Shown here in pieces: positions 1 through 9,071 of a stretch of 64,000 nucleotides of DNA (its first letter is position 1; each line of letters opens with the position of its first letter). Origin of the DNA: an uncultured delta proteobacterium (lineage in GTDB: Bacteria; Desulfobacterota; Desulfobacteria; Desulfobacterales; SG8-13); the NCBI GenBank assembly GCA_963779885.1, contig CAWAAN010000024.1, forward strand, positions 78,277-142,276, written 5' to 3'. The position numbers and the translations under genes were made by a program. Below the pieces are notes generated by a model. That model was not told where the DNA came from, searched no databases, and saw only the letters and a list, made by a program, of their open reading frames with translations.

Positions 1-1
1 C

Positions 2-628
2 CAGAGCCTGGACGGCAGTATCGCCGCCCACGACCGTCGCCAGCTGCGCCTGAGCGGCACGGAGGCGATGGTTCTGACCCACCGTCTGCGGTCCGGCAGC
101 GATGCGATCCTGGTCGGCATCGGCACCGTTCTGAACGACAATCCGGAGTTGACCAATCGCCTGGCCGAAGGCCCCAGCCCCCGGCCGGTCATCCTCGACA
201 CGCGCCTGCGAACGCCGTCGGAGGCGCGTCTGCTGCAGCGAAAGGACTGCGCCTGCTGGATCGTCGGCCGGCCGGACGGCAACGACGGCCGACGCGAAAA
301 CCTGGTGAAAGCCGGGGCGGTTGTCATGGGATGCCGCACGGCCGCCGACGGTCGCATCGACCTGGGGGCGCTGATGCAGCTCCTGGTGGCGCACCGGATC
401 AACGTACTGATGGTGGAAGGCGGGGCCCGGGTCATCACGAGCTTTATCGGCGCCCGCCTGGTGGACCAGCTCATCGTCACCGTAGCCCCCAAGCTGATCG
501 GCGGCCTGAATGCCATCGATGGCCGCGGAACGGGCATGGACCCGTTCGTTCCTCTCGCCCGGGTGGCCTATCAACAAATGGGAAAGGACCTGATCCTGTG
601 GGCGCAACCGGACTGGACGCCAGCGTGA
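2..628 (+). CDS. RibD C-terminal-type (DHFR-fold) pyrimidine/pterin reductase domain protein; 5' end lies outside the window
   Basis: The frame is open from the window edge (QSLDGSIAAHDRR...) into listed ORF 68..628. DAILVGIGTVLNDNPELTNR and LMVEGGARVITSF resemble the RibD reductase domain. Stop TGA 626-628 overlaps the next start (GTGA). Confidence 0.75.
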   Translation, partial: QSLDGSIAAHDRRQLRLSGTEAMVLTHRLRSGSDAILVGIGTVLNDNPELTNRLAEGPSPRPVILDTRLRTPSEARLLQRKDCACWIVGRPDGNDGRRENLVKAGAVVMGCRTAADGRIDLGALMQLLVAHRINVLMVEGGARVITSFIGARLVDQLIVTVAPKLIGGLNAIDGRGTGMDPFVPLARVAYQQMGKDLILWAQPDWTPA

Positions 629-1677
629 AACGCACGGCGGTCATTTTCGATAAGCCCTTTGCCATATCCGTGGCCACCGAAGCGGTCCCGGAAGGCCCAC
701 CGGGCCAGGTTCTCGTCGAAACGGGGATGAGCGCCATCAGTCCGGGAACCGAACTTTTGATTTACCGGGGCCGGGTGCCCGCGGGGTGGCCGGTCGACAG
801 CACCCTTTCGTCACTTTCGGGCGCTTTCGGCTACCCGTTGCGCTATGGCTACGCCGCCGTCGGCCGGGTGGTGGGCGCCGGGCCGGACGCCGATCCGGGC
901 CTGATCGGGCACCGGGTGTTTTCGTTCCAGCCTCACCAGAGTCACTTCCACGCCGATCCCGCGGAGCTGATTCCCATTCCGGCGGATATCGATTCGGAGG
1001 ACGCGCTGTTCGTCCCCACCATGGAGACCGCCGTTAATTTTATGATGGACGGTCGACCGATGATCGGCGAACGGGTGGTGGTGATCGGACAGGGCATCGT
1101 GGGTCTGCTGACCACGGCCCTGCTCGCGCGCTTTCCCCTGTCCGAACTGGTGGCCATCGAGCCCTGTGCCTTCCGGCGTCAAAAGTCCCTGGAAGCCGGC
1201 GCGCAAAAAGCGCTCGCCCCCGCCAGCCCTCGAGATGGCGGCACTCCGGACCGCAACCAGGCTGCCGATGCCCTTCGTGACCCCGCCGATCTGGTTTACG
1301 AGGTCTCCGGCGACCCGGCCGCCCTTGACCAGGCCATCTCGGCCTGCGGCTTCGACGGGCGGGTCATCGTCGGTTCCTGGTACGGAACGCGCCGCGCGGC
1401 CCTGAATCTCGGGCAAGAGTTTCATCGCAACCGAATCCGGTTGCTCAGCAGCCAGGTCAGCACCATCGCCCCCGAGTTAACCGGACGCTGGTCCAAGCAG
1501 CGCCGGATGGCGGTGGTCTGGGACATGATCCGCACCATCCGTCCGGCCCGCTTCATCACCCACCGCTTTGCGGTTGAACAGGCCGCCCAAGCCTATGACC
1601 TGCTGGACCGTCAATCCGAATCCGCCGTTCAGGTGGTCATCACCTACGGCGGCTCGCCTCCGCGTGAGGAAAAATGA
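625..1677 (+). CDS. MDR/zinc-type alcohol dehydrogenase-like oxidoreductase
   Basis: Listed ORF 331..1677 trimmed to GTG 625, because its upstream part overlaps the reductase gene out of frame. It has a GroES-like N-terminus (GQVLVETGMSAISPGTELLIYRG) and the Rossmann motif VVVIGQGIVGLL. Confidence 0.75.
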   Translation: MKRTAVIFDKPFAISVATEAVPEGPPGQVLVETGMSAISPGTELLIYRGRVPAGWPVDSTLSSLSGAFGYPLRYGYAAVGRVVGAGPDADPGLIGHRVFSFQPHQSHFHADPAELIPIPADIDSEDALFVPTMETAVNFMMDGRPMIGERVVVIGQGIVGLLTTALLARFPLSELVAIEPCAFRRQKSLEAGAQKALAPASPRDGGTPDRNQAADALRDPADLVYEVSGDPAALDQAISACGFDGRVIVGSWYGTRRAALNLGQEFHRNRIRLLSSQVSTIAPELTGRWSKQRRMAVVWDMIRTIRPARFITHRFAVEQAAQAYDLLDRQSESAVQVVITYGGSPPREEK

Positions 1678-2063
1678 ACAGCAAGCAAAGTTACACGGTC
1701 GCCGTTCGGCGCGAATTCACCGCCCGGCATTACCTGATCGGTGGCGACTGGGGCGCGGAAAACGAGCCTCATGAACACCGCTACGCGGCTGAAATCCGTC
1801 TCCAGGGCCCTGAACTGGATCGGCACGGCTATCTGGTCGACATCGATGCCGTGACGGCCGCCCTGGAGGGGCAGGTCGCCCGTTTCCGAAACAAAACGCT
1901 CAATGATTTGCCCGAATTCGAGGGCCTCAACCCCAGCGTGGAACACCTGGCGCGGATCATGGGCGAGTCGCTGACCGCCGTCCGCCCGTCGCATCTGAAG
2001 GTCCTGACGGTCAGGATCTGGGAAAACGATATCGCCTGGGTCGAGTATCGAAAAGAGTTCTGA
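1674..2063 (+). CDS. 6-pyruvoyl-tetrahydropterin synthase / QueD-fold protein (cysteine-free variant)
   Basis: 129 aa with the pattern ARHYL...PHEHRY...HGYLVDIDAV typical of the PTPS/QueD fold, with His residues at the metal-ligand positions. The protein contains no Cys at all. ATGA overlap with the upstream stop. Confidence 0.8.
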   Translation: MNSKQSYTVAVRREFTARHYLIGGDWGAENEPHEHRYAAEIRLQGPELDRHGYLVDIDAVTAALEGQVARFRNKTLNDLPEFEGLNPSVEHLARIMGESLTAVRPSHLKVLTVRIWENDIAWVEYRKEF

Positions 2064-3145
2064 TGCGCGTGGGACTGGTGATCAGCGGCAACCTGCAGAC
2101 CCTGACCGGCGGCACGCTCTACGATCGCATCCTGGTCGATGACCTGCGCCGCCGGGGGCACCGGGTCACTCTTTTCCCGCTGCCGACCGGCCAGGGATAC
2201 GCACGCCAGCTGACCGCCAATTTATCGCGTTCTCTGTTCAGCAAGGTGGCGCACGATGCGCCGGACATCCTGCTCGAGGACGGCCTCTGCCACCCGGCCC
2301 TTTTCCTTCAGAACAAGCGCCTGCGGGCGGTCGTCAAGGGCCCGATTGTGGCGCTCCTCCACCAGGTTTTAAGCCGCCAGCCCCGCCCGAACTGGCAAAA
2401 CACCGCCTATGGCCTGGTTGAAAAGCGCTACCTGCAATCCGTGGATGCCTGTATCTTCAACAGCCGGACCACCCGGGAAGCTGCCGGGGCCGCCGGCGCA
2501 CCCGATGTTCCGGCCATCATCGCCCGGCCCGCCGGGGACCGGCTCGGCACTGTGGCCTCGAGCGCTTCAGTCTCCGTCCGCGCGCGAAAAATAGGCCCCC
2601 TGCGGCTGCTTTTTCTGGCCAATGTCCTGCCGCACAAGGGCCTTCACCGCCTGGTCGATGCCCTGGCGGCCGTCTCTTTGCGCATGTGGCATCTGACGGT
2701 GGTCGGCAGCCTGACCATGGACAGCGCTTATGCCCAACACGTTATGGCCCGCGTCACCGCCCGCGGGCTGTCGCGCAACATCCGCTTCCTGGGGGCACGG
2801 GACGGCCCCGAACTATCCGGCATACTGACCAAAAGCCACCTGCTGGTCCTGCCCTACTCACATGAAGCCTTCGGCATCGTTTTCTTAGAGGGCATGGCCT
2901 TCGCGCTGCCGGCCGTCGGTTCCACGATCGGCGCCGCCCGCGAAATCATCCGGCACGGCGAAAACGGGTTTCTCGTGGAGCCGGGCAATTTGACCGAACC
3001 GGCCAGAATCGTCAAGGACCTGTTCACCGACCGAGACCGGCTTGAAGCCATGAGCCACAAGGCCCTGGAGACGTTCCGCGGGTCTCCCGGATGGCGGGAC
3101 ACCATGGAAAAAATTCATGTTTTTCTGAAAAAACTAATGGAATGA
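2063..3145 (+). CDS. GT-B fold (GT4-like) glycosyltransferase
   Basis: 360 aa. The C-terminal EAFGIVFLEGMAFALPAVGSTIGAAREIIRHGENGFLVEPGN is the classic GT4/GT1 nucleotide-sugar-binding region. The start overlaps the upstream stop (TGATG). Confidence 0.85.
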   Translation: MRVGLVISGNLQTLTGGTLYDRILVDDLRRRGHRVTLFPLPTGQGYARQLTANLSRSLFSKVAHDAPDILLEDGLCHPALFLQNKRLRAVVKGPIVALLHQVLSRQPRPNWQNTAYGLVEKRYLQSVDACIFNSRTTREAAGAAGAPDVPAIIARPAGDRLGTVASSASVSVRARKIGPLRLLFLANVLPHKGLHRLVDALAAVSLRMWHLTVVGSLTMDSAYAQHVMARVTARGLSRNIRFLGARDGPELSGILTKSHLLVLPYSHEAFGIVFLEGMAFALPAVGSTIGAAREIIRHGENGFLVEPGNLTEPARIVKDLFTDRDRLEAMSHKALETFRGSPGWRDTMEKIHVFLKKLME

Positions 3146-4104
3146 ATGATTTTACCGGCTATCTGGCGGCCAAGAAAAAGATCGACGACCGCGCGCTAAA
3201 CCGCGGCGTCTGGGAGCGTCTCGCCGGCGCCCTGCCCGACCGGCGGGCGCCCGAACCACTGCGCGTGCTGGAAATCGGCGCCGGCATCGGCACGATGATC
3301 GAGCGCATGGCCGCAGGGCCATTGCGGCACCGTTCATCGTCGTATACCGCGGTCGATATCGATCCGGAATGCACCGGTACGGCCCGCCGCCGATTGAAAA
3401 GCTGGGCCGAAAATGCGGGCTTCGGTGTCAGCCGGGACAATGGGGGGTACCGCCTCAAGTCGCAGGACACGGCCATCCGGCTGGAGTTTAAAACGGCTGA
3501 CGCATACCGTTTTGCGGCGGCGGCCGGGCACGCTTATGATGCGCTGTTGGCCCACGCCTTCTGGGACCTGGTCGATATCCCCACGCTGCTGCCCGGCGTG
3601 CTGCAACTGCTGTCGGACGGCGGCCTGCTTTTTTTCAGCCTGAACTTCGATGGCGACACCGTCCTGCTGCCGGCCATCTCAGATGATTTCGACGAGCGCG
3701 TGATCCGCTTGTACCACCGTAGCATGGACGAGCGCATCATCTGCGGGCGCCCGTCCGGGCACAGCCGGACCGGGCGCCGTCTGCTTTTGGCCCTCATGGA
3801 CCACGGGACCGACATTCTGGCCGCCGGCGCCTCCGACTGGGTCGTCTATCCCCGCCGCGGCCGCTATGGTGAAAACGAATCCTGTTTCCTGCACCATATC
3901 GTTCACACGATCGATGCCGAACTGACCCGTCATCCCGAAATCGACGCCGATCGCTTCAAGGACTGGATCGCCCGGCGCCAGGGCCAGATCGAAAACGGCG
4001 AGCTGGTTTTCATGGCCCACCATCTCGATATCCTGGCCCGAAAAAAGGCCCTTGATCGCCGTCAGGCATCCCTTATTTTCTCGGGCGTTACTCCTCGACA
4101 ATGA
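3142..4104 (+). CDS. class I SAM-dependent methyltransferase
   Basis: Trimmed to ATG 3142 (MNDFTGYL), which overlaps the glycosyltransferase stop (ATGA). SAM motif I is VLEIGAGIGTMIERM. Confidence 0.75.
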   Translation: MNDFTGYLAAKKKIDDRALNRGVWERLAGALPDRRAPEPLRVLEIGAGIGTMIERMAAGPLRHRSSSYTAVDIDPECTGTARRRLKSWAENAGFGVSRDNGGYRLKSQDTAIRLEFKTADAYRFAAAAGHAYDALLAHAFWDLVDIPTLLPGVLQLLSDGGLLFFSLNFDGDTVLLPAISDDFDERVIRLYHRSMDERIICGRPSGHSRTGRRLLLALMDHGTDILAAGASDWVVYPRRGRYGENESCFLHHIVHTIDAELTRHPEIDADRFKDWIARRQGQIENGELVFMAHHLDILARKKALDRRQASLIFSGVTPRQ

Positions 4105-4282
4105 TGGCGCCGGGCGCACACTCCCGGGCGGCCTGGCTGACGGCGTCTTCCAGATGGGTCGGAACAACGTCGACGAGGACCTTCGCGATCAGCTTATCCT
4201 GATCGTAGGCGAATACTTCCGGGCATACCTTGTGGCAGTTCCGGTCGCCCATGCACAAATCATAATCGATCTTGACTTTCAT
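4088..4282 (-). CDS. small single-cluster ferredoxin (Cys-x2-Asp-x2-Cys-x3-Cys-Pro type)
   Basis: 64 aa with CMGDRNCHKVCP...ECAPGAI, resembling Pyrococcus/Desulfovibrio-type 3Fe/4Fe ferredoxins. Confidence 0.8.
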   Translation of the reverse strand: MKVKIDYDLCMGDRNCHKVCPEVFAYDQDKLIAKVLVDVVPTHLEDAVSQAARECAPGAIIVEE

Positions 4283-4420
4283 GCCGTCTCCTCCCTAATT
4301 TTGGATAGGGCCGCTGGCCCGTTTAATCCCGCCTATCGTAGCCGGATTGATGTATTTCATCGATTTTGGGTTTCCGCCTGAAAGACGTTCACCCAATTCG
4401 AATCAAGAGGACAGAAAAAA

Positions 4421-5137
4421 ATGGACATCGTCAAAGGCATATCCTACCAACTGCGCGGGTTGATGCTGGCCTTGAAAACCCCCAAGCTTCTGATGCTGGG
4501 CCTGATTCGTCTCATCTTGGTGGTGGCGTTGACCGCGCTGGCGGCCGGCGTCATCCTGTACCACCACGATGAAATAATGAGCCTCATCTGGGTCAAACCG
4601 GCCAGCGCCTGGCTGGTATGGCTCTGGCATGTCGTCTCCTGGCTGCTGGCCGCACTGTTGACACTGGTGGCGGTCATTGTCGCCTACCTGCTCTCGCAGC
4701 TGCTGTTCGCCGTTATCATCATGGATGCCATGTCACGGATCACCGAACGGCTCCTGACCGGTGGCGAGCTATCCCCTCAGACCCGGCCCCTCGTGCAGCA
4801 GTACTTTTTTTTGTTCAAACAGGAAATCCCGCGCACGACCCTGCCGGTGCTGATCACTCTGGTGCTGATGGCGCTGGGATGGCTGACGCCTTTAGGACCG
4901 GTGCTGACGCTGATAACCTCCGCGGCGGCCGCCATTTTTCTGTCCTGGGACAACACCGACCTGGTTCCGGCCCGCCGGATGCGCCCCTTCCCGGAGCGAT
5001 TCCGATTCCTCAAAAAGACGCTGGGGTTTCATTTGGGGTTCGGACTGCTGTTTCTGGTGCCGTTTCTGAACATTTTAGTGCTCTCTTTCGCCCCGGTCGG
5101 CGCCACGCTCTATTACATCGAAAATCACGACCGTTAA
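4421..5137 (+). CDS. EI24/CysZ-like multi-pass membrane protein
   Basis: 238 aa with several hydrophobic helices. The segment LSWDNTDLVPARRMRPFPERFRFLKK...FLVPFLNILV resembles the CysZ/EI24 family. Confidence 0.55.
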   Translation: MDIVKGISYQLRGLMLALKTPKLLMLGLIRLILVVALTALAAGVILYHHDEIMSLIWVKPASAWLVWLWHVVSWLLAALLTLVAVIVAYLLSQLLFAVIIMDAMSRITERLLTGGELSPQTRPLVQQYFFLFKQEIPRTTLPVLITLVLMALGWLTPLGPVLTLITSAAAAIFLSWDNTDLVPARRMRPFPERFRFLKKTLGFHLGFGLLFLVPFLNILVLSFAPVGATLYYIENHDR

Positions 5138-5248
5138 CCGGCCGGCATGCTTGACCGGCTTCGGCCACGGTATTAGCTTGCGAAACCAACGATTTTTGAG
5201 AGGTCTCTGAAATTCACACCACCACCGGTTCAGAAAAAGGAAAAGGCG

Positions 5249-5431
5249 ATGACGGATTCGACCAAAGACAAAGAGCCCGAAGACGACCTCAAATGTCCCG
5301 ACTGCCGCTACCCGTTGAAGCGACGCCGGGGGCGTCAGGCGGATGACTGTGAAATGCTCTGCGGCGGCTGCGGGCGAACGTTCGACGTGTGTGATCTCGA
5401 CACGCTGGACACCATAAAAAAACAGTCGTGA
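5249..5431 (+). CDS. small zinc-ribbon protein (hypothetical)
   Basis: 60 aa with CPDCRY...CGGCGRTF (two CxxC pairs). A purine-rich stretch (aaaaaggaaaagg) precedes the ATG. Confidence 0.4.
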   Translation: MTDSTKDKEPEDDLKCPDCRYPLKRRRGRQADDCEMLCGGCGRTFDVCDLDTLDTIKKQS

Positions 5432-5440
5432 CGTCGTCGA

Positions 5441-6178
5441 TCAGAGGATTTCAAGGTTCAGGATGTCGCTGATTTTCGCCGCCAGGTCTTGCGCGGCCGC
5501 CGCGGCGATTCGTTGGCCCCATTCGGCGGTCGCCAGCCACGGCGCGGATTCCATCCGGCCGTCCGGAAAAAACGTTCTCATCTCGGTGGCCGTCAAGGGC
5601 CAGTAATATTTCGGTTTTTCAACCGTAAGCGCCTGGGTGGCCTTGCCGTCGAAGGCCGATGGCCGCAGGTCCTTGGTAATCGACACCTCGCTCGGCGTGG
5701 CGTGCTGCCCGTCGTGATCGCCAAAGGCTTCCCGGCAGGCCTTTTTCACGCCGGCTCCCGCATACCAAGATATCACATCGAAGTAACCGGCCAGGCCCTC
5801 GTCTTTGAGCTGGCCGAATGCCGTCTTCAGTGGCACGATATTGCCCCCGTGCCCGTTGATGAAGAGGATGCGACGGAAACCGTGGGCCACCAGTGACCGG
5901 ACGATATCGGCGGCCATCGCCATCAGCGTGGCGGGGCTCAGTGCAATGGTGCCCTTGAACGCCATGTGATGCGGTGAGACGCCGTAGCAGACTGTCGGCG
6001 CTACCAGGAGTTCCAGGTCGTCCCCGACCGTGCGGGCGATGGCCTCGGCCGCGATAAAATCGGTCCCGATCAAGCCATAGGGGCTGTGCTGTTCCACCGA
6101 ACCGACCGGCACCAGAACAACATCCTTTTTCGCCAGATACGACGCCACCTCGGTGTAGGCCATGTTTTCGAGCAGCAT
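5441..6178 (-). CDS. creatininase-family amidohydrolase
   Basis: 245 aa with VVLVPVGSVEQHSP...GTD...FINGHGGN, the creatinine amidohydrolase / ArfB / MftE family signature. Confidence 0.85.
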   Translation of the reverse strand: MLLENMAYTEVASYLAKKDVVLVPVGSVEQHSPYGLIGTDFIAAEAIARTVGDDLELLVAPTVCYGVSPHHMAFKGTIALSPATLMAMAADIVRSLVAHGFRRILFINGHGGNIVPLKTAFGQLKDEGLAGYFDVISWYAGAGVKKACREAFGDHDGQHATPSEVSITKDLRPSAFDGKATQALTVEKPKYYWPLTATEMRTFFPDGRMESAPWLATAEWGQRIAAAAAQDLAAKISDILNLEIL

Positions 6179-6666
6179 CAGTTGGCCTGCATGATTTTTT
6201 GTCGCGCGCTGGTAAACTCTTCGGCCGAGATCAGGTCGTCCGCCAGCAGATGCGCCAGTTCGGCCAACTCCCGCTTGCGGATGGCCTCCATGTCTTCGAG
6301 TTGTGCGATCGGCCGGCCGACGCGGTGTTCCAGGGCTGCGGGGGCATTGGCGTCCCCTACTTTGAAAGACATCATTCCCCCGAGAAAACTGATTTCGAAA
6401 GGCCGCCCTTTCAGCGCGGACACATCCAGGTTACTGATCAGTTCGCGTCCGCCGGACCGGGCGCGGCGATACAACACATACCCCAGGACCAGCAGGGCTG
6501 CGCCGCCACCCAGCAGGACCCACAGCAGATACTTGGCCACGCCGCCGATGAACACCACCGTAAGCCCGATGGTGGCGACCACCACAAGCTGCAACAATAT
6601 GATGAGGTGCGCCAGCAAGAGGCCCTTGATTGTCTCGCTGCTTTTAATTTTATCTATTAGCTTCAT
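6178..6666 (-). CDS. membrane protein with C-terminal SHOCT domain
   Basis: Trimmed to ATG 6666 (MKLIDKIK). It has two or three TM helices. The C-terminal ELAHLLADDLISAEEFTSARQKIM is SHOCT-like. The stop overlaps the creatininase start (TGATG). Confidence 0.6.
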   Translation of the reverse strand: MKLIDKIKSSETIKGLLLAHLIILLQLVVVATIGLTVVFIGGVAKYLLWVLLGGGAALLVLGYVLYRRARSGGRELISNLDVSALKGRPFEISFLGGMMSFKVGDANAPAALEHRVGRPIAQLEDMEAIRKRELAELAHLLADDLISAEEFTSARQKIMQAN

Positions 6667-6901
6667 CGATGGTGTACTTTTTTTACCGTCAGCGGGAAGC
6701 GCCTGTGGCGCTTTTCCGCCGGTTCGTTGAAGAAACGGTGACGATGACAACCATAAAACAATCGGCACCAATGGGCAAGTACCAACTGCCCGCTTGCGGA
6801 AGACGGCAGCCACGGCCAGCGAGGCGGACGGCGGTGCGGCCGTGCTGCCCGAAACGGTAGACCCGAGCCCGATATCGCCTGAGGGCGCAGGGTGGCGGCC
6901 G

Positions 6902-6910
6902 CCCCCCCCC
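6902..6910. repeat. C9 homopolymer in a divergent intergenic region
   Basis: gCCCCCCCCCg read directly, inside the 475-bp spacer between the divergent genes starting at 6666 (-) and 7142 (+). Confidence 0.9.
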
Positions 6911-7141
6911 GGGCGGCAGAGTCCTGCACAGCGCCGCTATCGGTCATGCTTGAACTCGCCGTCCGAATCCTGTATGGTGCCTCTGTTGTCCAAGCAGTAT
7001 TGGCCGATCCGGAGCAGCGGCCGAGTCGGAGCGGACGCTGCCATTGAACCCGGACGGCGCCGCGTGTCAAATTACGGTGACCCCCGGCCGAACCGATGCT
7101 CCCCTTTTCATCCGGTCGCCGAAAAAGATATCACGGAGGTG

Positions 7142-7627
7142 ATGGTGTTTTCAGCACATGAAATCCTGGACATGGCCATCCGTTTGGAAAAAAATGGCGA
7201 AACCATTTATCGCGATGCGTCTAAAAAAGTCCGCGATCCGAACCTGTCCTTGCTTTTGGAATGGATGGCCGACGAAGAAGCCCGGCACGCCCGCTGGTTT
7301 TCGAAAATGCGGTCCAGGTTGATCCTGGAATCGCCCGACCCGCAAACGGCAAAAATGGGCCGTGATATGCTCGATAACCTGCTGGCCGGCCAAAGTTTTT
7401 CACTGGAGGAGATCGACTTCGGCCGCATCGACCACATCAATTCCATGCTCGCGACATTTATCGAGTTTGAAAAGGATACCATTTTGTTTTATCAGATGCT
7501 CGAAGCCTTTATTCAGGAAGAGCCGGTTCTGGCGGAGCTGAAGAAGATCGTCGCCGAAGAAGAGCGTCACATCGAAAAATTAAAGACCCTCAGGCACCGG
7601 GAAGCCCCGGCGACCCCCGCCGGCTGA
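7142..7627 (+). CDS. ferritin-like / rubrerythrin-family diiron protein (no rubredoxin domain)
   Basis: Trimmed to ATG 7142. It has paired E...ExxH helices (RLEKNGETIY..., EEARHARWF, EFEKDTILFY, EEERHIEKL). Confidence 0.7.
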   Translation: MVFSAHEILDMAIRLEKNGETIYRDASKKVRDPNLSLLLEWMADEEARHARWFSKMRSRLILESPDPQTAKMGRDMLDNLLAGQSFSLEEIDFGRIDHINSMLATFIEFEKDTILFYQMLEAFIQEEPVLAELKKIVAEEERHIEKLKTLRHREAPATPAG

Positions 7628-7649
7628 CCTGCTGCCCCGGTGATCCGGG

Positions 7650-7868
7650 CTATTGCCGAAAGCTCCGGAACAGTTTCAGGGCCAGCAGAATGGTTGGCAG
7701 GAGGTGGTAGAAAAGATCGAAAATATCGATCGGCCGGACCAGGGTCCCGTTTTTCAGCATGATCAGTTTTTCCAGCACGTGCGGCATGGGGCGAAACGGT
7801 GCCAGCAGCAGGAAAATGGCCATCGCGATCAACAACGGGTAGGGAATCCGGTCGAGCAGCGCCCACAT
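7650..7868 (-). CDS. small two-TM membrane protein (hypothetical)
   Basis: Trimmed to ATG 7868 (MWALLDRIPYPLLIAMAIFLLLAPF...). 72 aa, hydrophobic. Confidence 0.4.
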   Translation of the reverse strand: MWALLDRIPYPLLIAMAIFLLLAPFRPMPHVLEKLIMLKNGTLVRPIDIFDLFYHLLPTILLALKLFRSFRQ

Positions 7869-8020
7869 GTTTATACCCTCCTGCGGTGTTAAGGTCCTGC
7901 ATAAGATGCTATCCGGTGGCATGTCAAAAAAATCGTTGCGCCGACCGGGTATCAAACAGAATCAGCAGGGCCATGATGCCGCAGTTGACCCCTTACAGCA
8001 GCAATTGAAAGGAGTTGGAA

Positions 8021-8554
8021 ATGATCGGTGAAAGATTGAACAAGGCCATCAACGACCAGATTAAAAACGAACTCGAAAGCTATTACATCTACCTCTCCAT
8101 GGCTGCCTACTTTCATTCCGTCAGTCTGGACGGGATGGGGCATTGGATGCGCTGCCAGGCCCACGAGGAAACGATTCATGCCATGAAATTCTTCCAGCAC
8201 GTCCTCGATCGGGGCGGCAGGATCGAGCTGCAGGATCTCAAACAGCTGAAGACCAAGTGGTCGTCGCCATCGGAGGCTTTCAAGGATGCCTATGAACACG
8301 AAAAGTTCATCACCGGCAAGATCAACGACCTGACGACCATCGCCAGGGAGGAAAAGGACTATTCGGCCGAACCCATGCTGGCCTGGTTTTCCGACGAACA
8401 GGTCGAGGAGGAAGCCAATGCGTCAAAAATAGCCGATCAGCTGGAAATGGTCGGCCAGGACAAGTCGGGCCTCTTGATGCTGGACCGCGAATTGGCCCTA
8501 CGGGCGTATCCCCCGGGGACCCCGTTTGATCCGGCCACTGCGGTCGCGGCCTAA
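8021..8554 (+). CDS. ftn: non-haem ferritin
   Basis: MIGERLNKAINDQIKNELESYYIYLSMAAYF...HEETIHAMKF...EHEKFITGKIN is the canonical Ftn four-helix ferroxidase pattern. AAGGAG lies upstream of ATG 8021. Confidence 0.9.
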   Translation: MIGERLNKAINDQIKNELESYYIYLSMAAYFHSVSLDGMGHWMRCQAHEETIHAMKFFQHVLDRGGRIELQDLKQLKTKWSSPSEAFKDAYEHEKFITGKINDLTTIAREEKDYSAEPMLAWFSDEQVEEEANASKIADQLEMVGQDKSGLLMLDRELALRAYPPGTPFDPATAVAA

Positions 8555-8570
8555 CGTCCTGGCGCCCCTT

Positions 8571-9053
8571 TCAACGTTTTTCGATCCGGTGCCGTCGCCC
8601 TGCCAGCCGGATCACATACGCATCGCCTTCGAAGCTCAGGAGGTCCGATACCGCCAGCAGGCTGCGGTCGGTAAACTTCACCCGCTGATCGCCGCGGATC
8701 ACGTAGAGGCTGTCGTTTTGGACGCACAGCTCGGCCGGTTCGAGCGGGAAGCGTGCGCCGGTGTTGAGTACCACCGTGACGGGTTCGCTCAAGATCACGT
8801 CAAAAACGAACAGGGCCGTGTCCGCGTAAGAAAAATAAACCTTTTCCGTGCAGATGCCCCTGTCCTGAAACAAAAAATATCCGTCGGCATCGTGACGGAT
8901 GGACGCATGGAAATAGTCGATGATTTTTTTATTTTCGAACCGGCCGCCGTCGTTGTGCCAGCAGCCGTTGGCATCCAGCCGGAAGACGGCTTTCTCCTTG
9001 GGGATGACGATTTGCGCCGGGCCGGATCCGGCCGCATCTGAATCCGTTTTCAT
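8571..9053 (-). CDS. hypothetical protein (possibly DUF1285-like)
   Basis: 160 aa. FRLDANGCWHNDGGRFENKKIIDYFHASIRHDADGYFLF loosely recalls DUF1285. The family assignment is uncertain. Confidence 0.5.
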   Translation of the reverse strand: MKTDSDAAGSGPAQIVIPKEKAVFRLDANGCWHNDGGRFENKKIIDYFHASIRHDADGYFLFQDRGICTEKVYFSYADTALFVFDVILSEPVTVVLNTGARFPLEPAELCVQNDSLYVIRGDQRVKFTDRSLLAVSDLLSFEGDAYVIRLAGRRHRIEKR

Positions 9054-9071
9054 GGGGCCCCTTGTCCCGTC

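Noticed and set aside
331-624. Upstream extension of the dehydrogenase ORF
   Set aside because: It overlaps the RibD-C-type gene in another frame. Dehydrogenase-like sequence begins at GTG 625, coupled to the upstream stop.
5826-5842. TGGCAC...TTGC sigma-54-like match
   Set aside because: The spacer is 4 nt rather than 5. It lies inside and antisense to the creatininase coding sequence, with no downstream gene to serve.
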